A stretch of 61,451 nt of DNA from Acutalibacteraceae bacterium (GTDB lineage: Bacteria; Actinomycetota; Coriobacteriia; Coriobacteriales; UMGS124), in NCBI GenBank assembly GCA_963619535.1, contig CAVEWV010000007.1:1-61451 (forward strand). Direction: 5' to 3'. The stretch's first letter is position 1; each line of letters begins with the position of its first letter. The notes under the pieces were generated by a model. The model did no database searches. It had not been told where the DNA came from and saw nothing but the letters and a program-made list of their open reading frames with translations. Of this stretch, positions 33,624-40,957 are shown piece by piece. The position numbers and the translations under genes were made by a program.

Positions 33624-34675
33624 CCGACCAGACCCAGACCGACAAGCCCTGCATCCTCGTCACGGGCGGCGCGGGCTTCATCGGCAGCCACACCTGCGTG
33701 GAGCTGCTCGACTCAGGCTACGACGTCGTGGTGATCGACGACCTCTCCAATGCCAGCGAGGTCGCCCTGAAGCGCGTCGAGCGCATCACGGGCAAGAAGA
33801 TCCGCGCCTTCTACGAGGGCGACGTGAAGGACGGCGCGCTTCTCGACCGCATCTTCGAGGAGCATCCCATCGCCGGCGCCATCCACTTCGCGGCGTTCAA
33901 GGCCGTCGGTGAGAGCGTCCACAAGCCTATCGAGTACTACCAGAACAACCTGGGCGGCACGCTCGAGCTGGCCCGCGCGCTTCGCGACCACGGCGTGTAC
34001 GACATCGTGTTCTCCTCCTCGGCCACCGTCTACGGCCAGCCCGACGAGGTGCCCGTGCGCGAGGACGCCCAGCTCAAGCCCGCCACGAACCCCTACGGTC
34101 GCACGAAGGTCATGAACGAGCAGATGCTCGCCGACCTCTACACCGCAGACGAGCGCTGGAACGTCATGCTGCTTCGCTACTTCAACCCCATCGGCGCCCA
34201 TGAGTCGGGCCTCATCGGCGAGGACCCCAAGGGCATCCCGAACAACCTGGTGCCCTACGTGGCCAAGGTCGCGGTGGGCCAGCTCGACCACATCAACGTC
34301 TTCGGCGGCGACTATCCCACGCCCGACGGCACCGGCGTGCGCGACTACATCCACGTGGTCGATCTTGCCCGCGGCCATGTGAGCGCCCTGAACTACATGC
34401 GCGGCAAGCACGGCGTGCACGTGTTCAACCTGGGCACCGGCCACGGCTACAGCGTGCTCGACGTCATCCACGCTTTCGAGCGCGCCTGCGGCAAGGAGCT
34501 TCCCTACGAGATGTGCCCGCGCCGCGACGGCGACATCGCGCAGACCTACTGCGACGCCAGCAAGGCCAAGGAGCTCATGGGCTGGGAGGCACAGTACGAC
34601 ATCGACGACATGTGCGCCCACTCCTGGAAGTGGCAGAGCACTAACCCCAACGGCTACGTTGGAGCTACGGAGTAA
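33620..34675 (+). CDS. galE: UDP-glucose 4-epimerase
   Basis: ILVTGGAGFIGSH Rossmann motif, SSSATVYG, and the catalytic YGRTK. The ATG at 33620 overlaps the vsr stop (ATGA). Confidence 0.95.
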   Translation: MTDQTQTDKPCILVTGGAGFIGSHTCVELLDSGYDVVVIDDLSNASEVALKRVERITGKKIRAFYEGDVKDGALLDRIFEEHPIAGAIHFAAFKAVGESVHKPIEYYQNNLGGTLELARALRDHGVYDIVFSSSATVYGQPDEVPVREDAQLKPATNPYGRTKVMNEQMLADLYTADERWNVMLLRYFNPIGAHESGLIGEDPKGIPNNLVPYVAKVAVGQLDHINVFGGDYPTPDGTGVRDYIHVVDLARGHVSALNYMRGKHGVHVFNLGTGHGYSVLDVIHAFERACGKELPYEMCPRRDGDIAQTYCDASKAKELMGWEAQYDIDDMCAHSWKWQSTNPNGYVGATE

Positions 34676-34682
34676 GAAGGTT

Positions 34683-34870
34683 GCGGATGCGCCGTGGCGG
34701 CGTTGCGCAGGGGCTCACGTACCGCCGTACGCAGCGCCCCTGCGCGCCTTGCCACGACGCATCCGCTTTGTGCGGACGTTGCGAATCCGCCGTGGCCGCG
34801 TTGCGCAGAGCCTCATGTACGCCCAGTACACATCGGCCCTGCGCGCCTTGCCACGACGCATTCGCTTTGT
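34683..34870 (+). repeat. Two units of a variant of the long-hairpin repeat family
   Basis: GCGGATGCGCCGTGGC...GCGCAGGGGC...GTACcgccGTAC...GCCCCTGCGC...GCCACGaCGCATCCGC-TTTG. It starts 8 nt after the galE stop. Confidence 0.85.
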
Positions 34871-34917
34871 ATGGTTGTGAGTCCATGGTGGCTGCATAAA
34901 AGAGAGGCTGTTCCTGA

Positions 34918-36588
34918 ATGGACATGCGCATCGAGATTAACGACGAGGTGGGCCAGAACATCCTGGCAAACGAGGAGATCGAGCGCCTCGTGGCGTGCGT
35001 GCTGGAGGGGGAGGGCTGCCCCGAGCCGTGCGAGGTGTCGGTGAGCTTCGTCGACGCCGACGAGATCCACCGCCTCAACCTGGAGTACCGCGGCATCGAC
35101 AAGCCCACCGACGTGCTGTCGTTCAACATCGACGACCCCGACGAGGTGGAGGAGGGCGAGCCGTTCATGGTGGGCGACCTCATCATCTGCCCGGCCGTGG
35201 TGGAGAGGCAGGCCCCCGAGTTCGGCAACGACCCGGCCGACGAGATGCGCCTGCTGCTGTCGCACGGCTGCCTCCATCTCATGGGCTACGACCACGAGGA
35301 CGCCCGCGAGGCCGAGGAGATGGAGAACCTCGAGCGTGCCTACCTGGCCGACTTCACGGGCGTGCCCCCCGAGCAGATCAACATCGGCCCCACGGTCGAT
35401 CACGCCGCCGAGGGCACGCAGGCCCACCCTGCCGCCAAGCCCGCCTCCACCCAGCCCGCCCAGTGGCAGGACCTTCCCGCCGAGGGCGACGACTCCGACG
35501 ACGAGGATTTCGACGACGATGAGGACTGGGACGACGAGGACGTCGTCGGGTTCGACAACCCCGACGGCCTGTCGGGCACCGCGCTCATCGACGCCTTCTT
35601 CGCCTCGCAGGGCGGCAACGTCGCGGGCGGCGCCGACGAGGAGGCTGGCCATGAGGACGCCTCGCGTTACATGCACCCCGCAACGTATGAGGGCCCCTTC
35701 AAGAGCGGCTTCGTGAGCCTGGTGGGCCGCCCCAACGCCGGCAAGTCCACCCTCATCAACGCCATCGTGGGCGACAAGCTGCTCATCACCTCGCCCACCG
35801 CGCAGACCACGCGCCACCGCATCTCGGCCGTGTACAACGAGCCCAACATGCAGGTCGTGCTCGTAGACACCCCCGGCCTGCACAAGCCGGTGGACGCCCT
35901 GGGCGAGGAGCTCAACATCTCGGCGCTCAACGCCCTCAAGGACGTCGACGTCGTGGCCATGGTGCTCGACGGCTCCCAGCCTGCGGGGCGCGGCGACGAG
36001 TGGGTGGCCCAGCACGTGGCCCAGAGCCGCGCCTACAAGGTGCTCGTGGTGACCAAGGCCGACATCATCGCGCAGGACCAGGCCCGCGAGCAGGTCATGC
36101 GCATGAGGGAGTTCTGCCCCTTCGACGAGGCCATCGTGGTGAGCGCCCAGGAGAACTTCAACGTCGACGGCTTTTTGCAGGTCGTGGCCGCGCACCTGCC
36201 CCAGGGCCCGCGGTGGTTCCCGGTGGACATGCAGACCGACATGTCGCCCGAGGTCGTGGTAGCCGAGTTCATCCGCGAGAAGGTGCTGCTCAACACGCGT
36301 GACGAGGTGCCGCACTCCGTGGGTGTGGCGGTGGACTCCACCCGCTACGACGAGAAGGCCAACATCTCGCACATCAACGCCACGGTCTACGTGGAGCGCG
36401 AGGGCCAGAAGGGCATCATCATCGGCGCCGGCGGCAAGATGATCAAGCGCATCGGCGTGCAGGCCCGCCGCGACCTGGAGCGCCTGCTCGGCAACCAGGT
36501 CATGCTCAAGCTCAACGTCAAGGTGAAGCCCGGCTGGCGTTCCGACGCCGCCCAGATCAAGCGCTTCGGCTACGGCGAGGGCGCGTAA
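34918..36588 (+). CDS. ybeY/era: Single ORF fusing rRNA-maturation endoribonuclease YbeY (N-terminal) to GTPase Era (C-terminal) through an acidic linker
   Basis: The YbeY zinc motif is HGCLHLMGYDH (around aa 115). A D/E-rich linker (DDSDDEDFDDDEDWDDED) follows. Era then shows G1 GRPNAGKST, G3 DTPG, G4 TKAD and the KH region VEREGQKGIIIGAGGKMIKRIG. No stop codon separates the two halves in the given sequence. Confidence 0.85.
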   Translation: MDMRIEINDEVGQNILANEEIERLVACVLEGEGCPEPCEVSVSFVDADEIHRLNLEYRGIDKPTDVLSFNIDDPDEVEEGEPFMVGDLIICPAVVERQAPEFGNDPADEMRLLLSHGCLHLMGYDHEDAREAEEMENLERAYLADFTGVPPEQINIGPTVDHAAEGTQAHPAAKPASTQPAQWQDLPAEGDDSDDEDFDDDEDWDDEDVVGFDNPDGLSGTALIDAFFASQGGNVAGGADEEAGHEDASRYMHPATYEGPFKSGFVSLVGRPNAGKSTLINAIVGDKLLITSPTAQTTRHRISAVYNEPNMQVVLVDTPGLHKPVDALGEELNISALNALKDVDVVAMVLDGSQPAGRGDEWVAQHVAQSRAYKVLVVTKADIIAQDQAREQVMRMREFCPFDEAIVVSAQENFNVDGFLQVVAAHLPQGPRWFPVDMQTDMSPEVVVAEFIREKVLLNTRDEVPHSVGVAVDSTRYDEKANISHINATVYVEREGQKGIIIGAGGKMIKRIGVQARRDLERLLGNQVMLKLNVKVKPGWRSDAAQIKRFGYGEGA

Positions 36589-36602
36589 GGGCTGGTAAAT
36601 AA

Positions 36603-36642
36603 GGGCGCCTCGCGGCTCAGAGCGGCTGCGGGGCGCCTTTTT
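36603..36642 (+). terminator. Intrinsic terminator after ybeY-era
   Basis: GGCGCCTCGC...GCGGGGCGCC followed by TTTTT. Confidence 0.65.
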
Positions 36643-36723
36643 GTATGAAGAAGGTCGTGCGCGCTGCGCCCATAGGCCGTGCGCGCCGCTGTGAGCGCAT
36701 CAGCGCGGAAAGAGGGGTTTGCC

Positions 36724-37644
36724 ATGTCGCAGGACGCCCAGTTGATGGATCGCCTTGCCGCCCAGCTCTGTGAGGGCGACGAGGTCGGCGTCGAGGAGCT
36801 GCGCGCAGCGCTGCTCGACAGGATCCTGCCCATGCTCGCCGACCCTGCCATGGGTCCCGTGGCCACCCTCGAGACGGCCGCGCGCTGCGTCGCCGCCGGG
36901 CACACCGGCCTCGTGGCGTTTCCCAGCGACGCCCCCCGCATTGCCTGGACGCTCGAGGAGAACGGCCTGCCGACGGATGTGTGCGCCCTGCTCGGCGCGC
37001 CGTTCGGCAAGGTCCTGGGCGACCCTCTGTGCTTCGAGTGCGCGATGCTCGCCTCGGCCGGCGTGGGCGAGGTGTGCCTCGTCGCCAACACGGCAGCCAT
37101 CCGCGAGGGTGAGTTCGACGAGGTCATGGACCCGGTGATGAGCGCCCTGCGCACCGCTCGCGCCGACGAGTGCGAGGATGACGAGTCCTGCGAGGACGGT
37201 TGCTCCTGCGGGCACGACCACGAGGACGGTCACACCTGCGGGTGCGAGGGCGGCTCTCCCGCCGACGGGCATGCCCCCGACTGCACGTGCCCGGAGTGCG
37301 AGGGCCACGGCGACGAGGAGCCCGAGCTTGCCGTGAGCGTGGCGCTTGAGTGCTGCGAGCTCACCGACGAGCAGCTCTGCCGCGCCTGCGACGTCGTGAC
37401 GAGCGTGCTGCCTGACTGCGTGGTGGCCTCCACGGGCCTGGGCGCGCGCTGCGCAAGCCCCGCGCAGGTGCGCCTCATCGCCGCCACCGTCGAGCCCGGG
37501 GTCGCGGTGCGCGCCACCACCGACGCCCGCACGCTGGCAGACGCCCTCGCCCTGCTCGAGGCCGGGGCCAGCGAGCTGGCATGCCTGTATGCCGGCGACG
37601 TCGTGGCCGATTTCGACCGCATCGCGGGCGAGCTGGGCGCGTAG
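36724..37644 (+). CDS. DeoC (deoxyribose-phosphate aldolase)-fold homolog lacking the catalytic lysines and carrying a Cys/His/Asp/Glu-rich insertion
   Basis: It aligns by eye to class I DeoC. VCALLGAPFG stands where VCTVIGFPLG is expected, and ECCELTDEQLCRACDVV where ETCLLTDEEKVKACELA is expected. DCVVASTG replaces DFVKTSTG, AVRATTD replaces GVKASGG, and LADALALLEAGASEL corresponds to LEDALAMIEAGATRI. The insert reads ECEDDESCEDGCSCGHDHEDGHTCGCEGGSPADGHAPDCTCPECEGHGDEEPE. Confidence 0.6.
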   Translation: MSQDAQLMDRLAAQLCEGDEVGVEELRAALLDRILPMLADPAMGPVATLETAARCVAAGHTGLVAFPSDAPRIAWTLEENGLPTDVCALLGAPFGKVLGDPLCFECAMLASAGVGEVCLVANTAAIREGEFDEVMDPVMSALRTARADECEDDESCEDGCSCGHDHEDGHTCGCEGGSPADGHAPDCTCPECEGHGDEEPELAVSVALECCELTDEQLCRACDVVTSVLPDCVVASTGLGARCASPAQVRLIAATVEPGVAVRATTDARTLADALALLEAGASELACLYAGDVVADFDRIAGELGA

Positions 37645-37654
37645 GGACCCTGCG

Positions 37655-38440
37655 GTGCCGGGTAAGTTCAAGGCGCGCGGCGTCGTCGTGCGACGCACGA
37701 AGCTCGCCGAGAGCGACCTCATCGTGACGCTGCTGGCCGACCGGCCCTCCCAGCTGCGCGTCGTGGCGAAAGGCGCCCGCAAGCCTGCCTCGAGGCTCGC
37801 CGGGACCATGAACCTGGGCAACGAGGTGGAGCTGCTCGTGAGCGAGGGCAGGAGCCTGGGCGTGGTGAGCGAGGCCCGCCTAATGCGCTCCCACGCCGGC
37901 CTCGCCGCCGACTACGACCGGGCCGTCCTCATGGACGCCGTGCTCGACTGCGCCTGCGAGCTCACCGCCGAGGGCGACCACGACCCCCGGGTGCTGCCCC
38001 TGTTGAGCGCCACCCTCGACGCCTTCGATGCGGCCGAGCCTGCGTGCCTGCCGCTTCTGGCGGCCGCCTTCGCGCTCAAGGCCGCGGCCATGCAGGGCTT
38101 TCGTCCCAGCCTCGACGCGTGCGTTCGCTGCGGCGCCCCCGTGGAGCTCGCCGCCGCCGCCCCGGCCACATCGGCGTTCGACATAGCCGAGGGCGGCGTT
38201 GTGTGTCCCGAGTGCGCCGGGAGCGCCACCTGCACCCATGTGCCTACGCCGACGCTCGCCTGGGCGCAGGCCCTCATCTCCCTGCGCCTGGCCGACATCT
38301 GCGCCTGCGAGTTTCCCGACGAGTCCCGCAAGCTCGCATGCGGCTTCGACGAGCTGCGCTTCGCCCAGGTCTGGCTCGGCCACTACCCCGGCATCCGTCC
38401 CCGCGCCTTGGACTTCGCTTTAACGACCGGGCTGTACTAG
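37655..38440 (+). CDS. recO: DNA repair protein RecO
   Basis: The N-terminal OB-fold-like segment is KARGVVVRRTKLAESDLIVTLL, with zinc-finger cysteines CVRCG...CPEC. It lies downstream of era. The proposed start is the GTG at 37655. Confidence 0.85.
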   Translation: MPGKFKARGVVVRRTKLAESDLIVTLLADRPSQLRVVAKGARKPASRLAGTMNLGNEVELLVSEGRSLGVVSEARLMRSHAGLAADYDRAVLMDAVLDCACELTAEGDHDPRVLPLLSATLDAFDAAEPACLPLLAAAFALKAAAMQGFRPSLDACVRCGAPVELAAAAPATSAFDIAEGGVVCPECAGSATCTHVPTPTLAWAQALISLRLADICACEFPDESRKLACGFDELRFAQVWLGHYPGIRPRALDFALTTGLY

Positions 38441-38544
38441 ATTGCTTCCCTTTTCTGCTTCTTTACTAAATCCAATTCGTGCCTTGTTTGCGATATGGGC
38501 GCAGATAAAGAGCGACAGACAAGAATAAGTAAAATAATTATGTC

Positions 38545-38576
38545 TTGACAATTATACAATTATGTAAGCATAACTA
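38545..38576 (+). promoter_or_regulatory. Candidate promoter with a tandem ACAATTAT repeat upstream of the islet gene
   Basis: TTGACA is followed by ATTATACAATTATGTAAGCATAAC. The direct repeat ACAATTAT-ACAATTAT overlaps the spacer. The -10 assignment is ambiguous. Confidence 0.4.
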
Positions 38577-38618
38577 TTGTATTAGCCAAGGTCATCCCTG
38601 ACAAGAAAGGTGGTTGTT

Positions 38619-39212
38619 ATGGTCATCTCACGCAGGGAAATGATCAAGGCGGCTGGCGCGGTAGCGTTGGCAAGCGTTGGTTTGCTTGGAGCCAACATTG
38701 CAAGAGCAAACGTCGTAGATGAGGATTCAATCAACGCACGGTTCAACCAAATATTCCAGGCATATGAGCTTGGTGACATCCTCTCTCCAGAGGACACTGC
38801 ATTTGTTAAGGAGTACGGGCGCGCATCCATTAACAGCATGGCTCGTGATTCGGGTGTCGTAGATGAAAGCCGGACCTTTAATGGGACAACTTACTACGTC
38901 CGCGGCAATTGGTACGATGACGATGATAACGAAACATTGGCGTGGCACAACTACGGTGCAACTTTACAAGGAGGCACTCCGGCGTGTGTCTCACAGCAGA
39001 TTACAGTTGTCATGTGCTATATGGCATATGGATTTGTTGGTAGTGCCTATCAGGTGATTCATAAAGACGAGCAGTCAAACTCCGACAATGATGTCAAATG
39101 GAACGCGGCAGACTTCTCTGGTTCATACTGGGGCGTTTTCGTTAACTCGAGCATGTCCTGCTATACACAAATCAAGCCCTATTCGGGCTCTACATTCAAG
39201 GTGCCCAAATAG
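38619..39212 (+). CDS. Hypothetical Tat-signal secreted protein (no recognisable domain)
   Basis: RBS aaagg is 8 nt before the ATG. The twin-arginine signal is SRREMIKAAGAVALASVGLLGANIARA. The mature part is rich in Y/W/N/D and its codon usage is atypical for the window. Confidence 0.7.
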   Translation: MVISRREMIKAAGAVALASVGLLGANIARANVVDEDSINARFNQIFQAYELGDILSPEDTAFVKEYGRASINSMARDSGVVDESRTFNGTTYYVRGNWYDDDDNETLAWHNYGATLQGGTPACVSQQITVVMCYMAYGFVGSAYQVIHKDEQSNSDNDVKWNAADFSGSYWGVFVNSSMSCYTQIKPYSGSTFKVPK

Positions 39213-39373
39213 CGCGGCAAGCCCCCGGTTTTAACGGAGCCACTATCTCGGGAGATATAAAGTTGGCGACGCGCCGTCTTCTGAGGACGCAGCTTTTGTT
39301 GAGTGCAATCCAAGGCAAGATGGATGGGCATACCAAGGGCGGAGTACTCTATGGAGATTGGAGTTGATGGAAT

Positions 39374-39733
39374 ATGAGTTTCCATACGGGCCATGGATAC
39401 TTTTCAATCGGCATTATCGAGATAGTGATGATCGCTGTGCCGCTGATCCTGTTCGTTCTTTTCATTGTTGCGTACTTCATGTCTATCAAGTGCCTGGTGG
39501 ATGCGGCGCAGGCGAAGACGGAGAGGCCGAGCCGGGGCAAACTTTGGTTTATCGGCCTGTTCACGACGCCTATCGTGCTGGGCCTCATCGTGTGCTCCCT
39601 CAGGGATGAAAAGGTTCCGAGGCCGGCAGTGCAGGCCCCTCAGGTTTCGCATGCGCCGCAGGTGAGCCCCGTTGTATCAGACGTAGCGCCGACTGCCGTA
39701 ATGCCGAAAGTGGAGACGGACGCGACGGAGTAG
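39374..39733 (+). CDS. Hypothetical small two-TM membrane protein
   Basis: Two hydrophobic helices (IGIIEIVMIAVPLILFVLFIVAYF and LWFIGLFTTPIVLGLIVC) and a P/Q/V-rich tail. No motif was recognised. Confidence 0.5.
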   Translation: MSFHTGHGYFSIGIIEIVMIAVPLILFVLFIVAYFMSIKCLVDAAQAKTERPSRGKLWFIGLFTTPIVLGLIVCSLRDEKVPRPAVQAPQVSHAPQVSPVVSDVAPTAVMPKVETDATE

Positions 39734-39766
39734 TGCTCTCGTCGCATGACAAACGTTTGAAAAGGG

Positions 39767-39799
39767 GAGGGCCGCCGGGTTATGCATCCGGCGGCCCTC
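39767..39799. terminator. Bidirectional hairpin between the islet and convergent rsmI
   Basis: A perfect 12-bp stem, GAGGGCCGCCGG-gttatgcat-CCGGCGGCCCTC. Confidence 0.65.
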
Positions 39800-39813
39800 T
39801 GCGTGTCTTGTAC

Positions 39814-40761
39814 CTATTCCCTGCCCAGCTCACAAATCCGCTCGTAAATCTCGGGGCGCGGGGTGTCGCAGCAGCGGGCGAGCTCCTTGGCCAGGGCGGT
39901 CGCCTTCTTTCCGGCGGCAAGGCCGGCCCGGATGGCGCGGTCCAAGTCGAACGGGGGCACGTCGTCGCAGCTCGCCTCCTCGCCGCCGACCGGGCCCCCC
40001 GCCACGCCCAGCTCCAGCGCGGCCATCCGGCGCTCCCAGGCGGCGATCTCGTCGGCCTTGGGCGCGTCTATGAGCAGCACGCACTCGCCCTTGGGCTCGC
40101 CGCGCTCGGCCAGCAGCTCGCACAGCTCCTGGGCGCTGCCGCGCAGCACCTCCTGGAACACCTTCGTGAGCTCGCGGGCCAGGGCCACGCGACGCGCAGG
40201 GAACGCCGCCGCGATGCTTGCCAGCGAGTCGGCCACGCGGTGGGGCGACTCATAGAACACGAGCACCGCGGGCAGCCCCGCCAGCCTCTTGAGCACGCGC
40301 GCCTGCTCGCCTGCCTTGCGCGGGAGGAACCCCCCGAAGTAGAACGCCTCGCAGGCAAAGCCCGACTGGGCAAGGGCGCAGGTCACGGCCGAGGGCCCTG
40401 GGACGACGTCCACCGGCACGCCCGCGTCGCGACAGGCGTCCACCAGCCGCGCGCCGGGGTCGGCCACGGCCGGCATGCCCGCGTCGCTCACGAACGCCAT
40501 GCGCTCGCCGGCGGCCATGCGGGCCACGAGCTGGGGGGCGCGCCCGGCGATGACGTTCTCGTCGCAGCGCTCCAGGTGCGCCTCGATGCCGAATGACTGC
40601 AGCAGCTTGCCCGAGACGCGCGTGTCCTCCGCCAGCACCGTGTCGGCGCCGCGCAGGGCCTCCAGGGCGCGCCCCGACAGGTCGGCGCGGTTGCCGATGG
40701 GGGTGCCCACGAGCGTGAGCGAACCAGTGGCTGCGTGCTTGGACATGGCATCCTTGGGCAT
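39814..40761 (-). CDS. rsmI: 16S rRNA (cytidine1402-2'-O)-methyltransferase
   Basis: LTLVGTPIGNRADLSGRALEALRGADTVLAEDTR, VSDAGMPAVADPG and FYESPHR motifs. Confidence 0.92.
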   Translation of the reverse strand: MPKDAMSKHAATGSLTLVGTPIGNRADLSGRALEALRGADTVLAEDTRVSGKLLQSFGIEAHLERCDENVIAGRAPQLVARMAAGERMAFVSDAGMPAVADPGARLVDACRDAGVPVDVVPGPSAVTCALAQSGFACEAFYFGGFLPRKAGEQARVLKRLAGLPAVLVFYESPHRVADSLASIAAAFPARRVALARELTKVFQEVLRGSAQELCELLAERGEPKGECVLLIDAPKADEIAAWERRMAALELGVAGGPVGGEEASCDDVPPFDLDRAIRAGLAAGKKATALAKELARCCDTPRPEIYERICELGRE

Positions 40762-40957
40762 GGCGCCCCTCCTTGGCCCTCGCGGGCGTCGTCGCCTCGT
40801 TTCCTTTCAACCCCCGCATTCTACCGTCGGGCACGGCCGCACACGGCCCGCATCGCCCGCCTGCCGACAAATTGCGGCAACGTCGGGAGAGCCACAGGGC
40901 GCACACATTCTCACGCAAGTTACCGTGCTATTAAGAACTCCCGAGCCATCGGCCCGG

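Larger units (their letters stand above)
38441..39810. other. Low-GC islet between recO and rsmI
   Basis: Composition drops abruptly. The intergenic DNA is AT-rich and there are many A/T third codon positions, whereas flanking genes have nearly all G/C third positions. Confidence 0.8.

Noticed and set aside
36586-36723. Possible small ORF or extended start (36679) for the DeoC-like gene
   Set aside because: The stretch contains the era terminator hairpin. The ATG at 36724 follows a purine-rich gaaagagggg, and the homology starts after it.
40475-40957. 161-aa N-terminal extension of echA
   Set aside because: It is antisense to the well-supported rsmI gene and extends through the divergent intergenic region. 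The hydrophobic EchA body begins after 40958.
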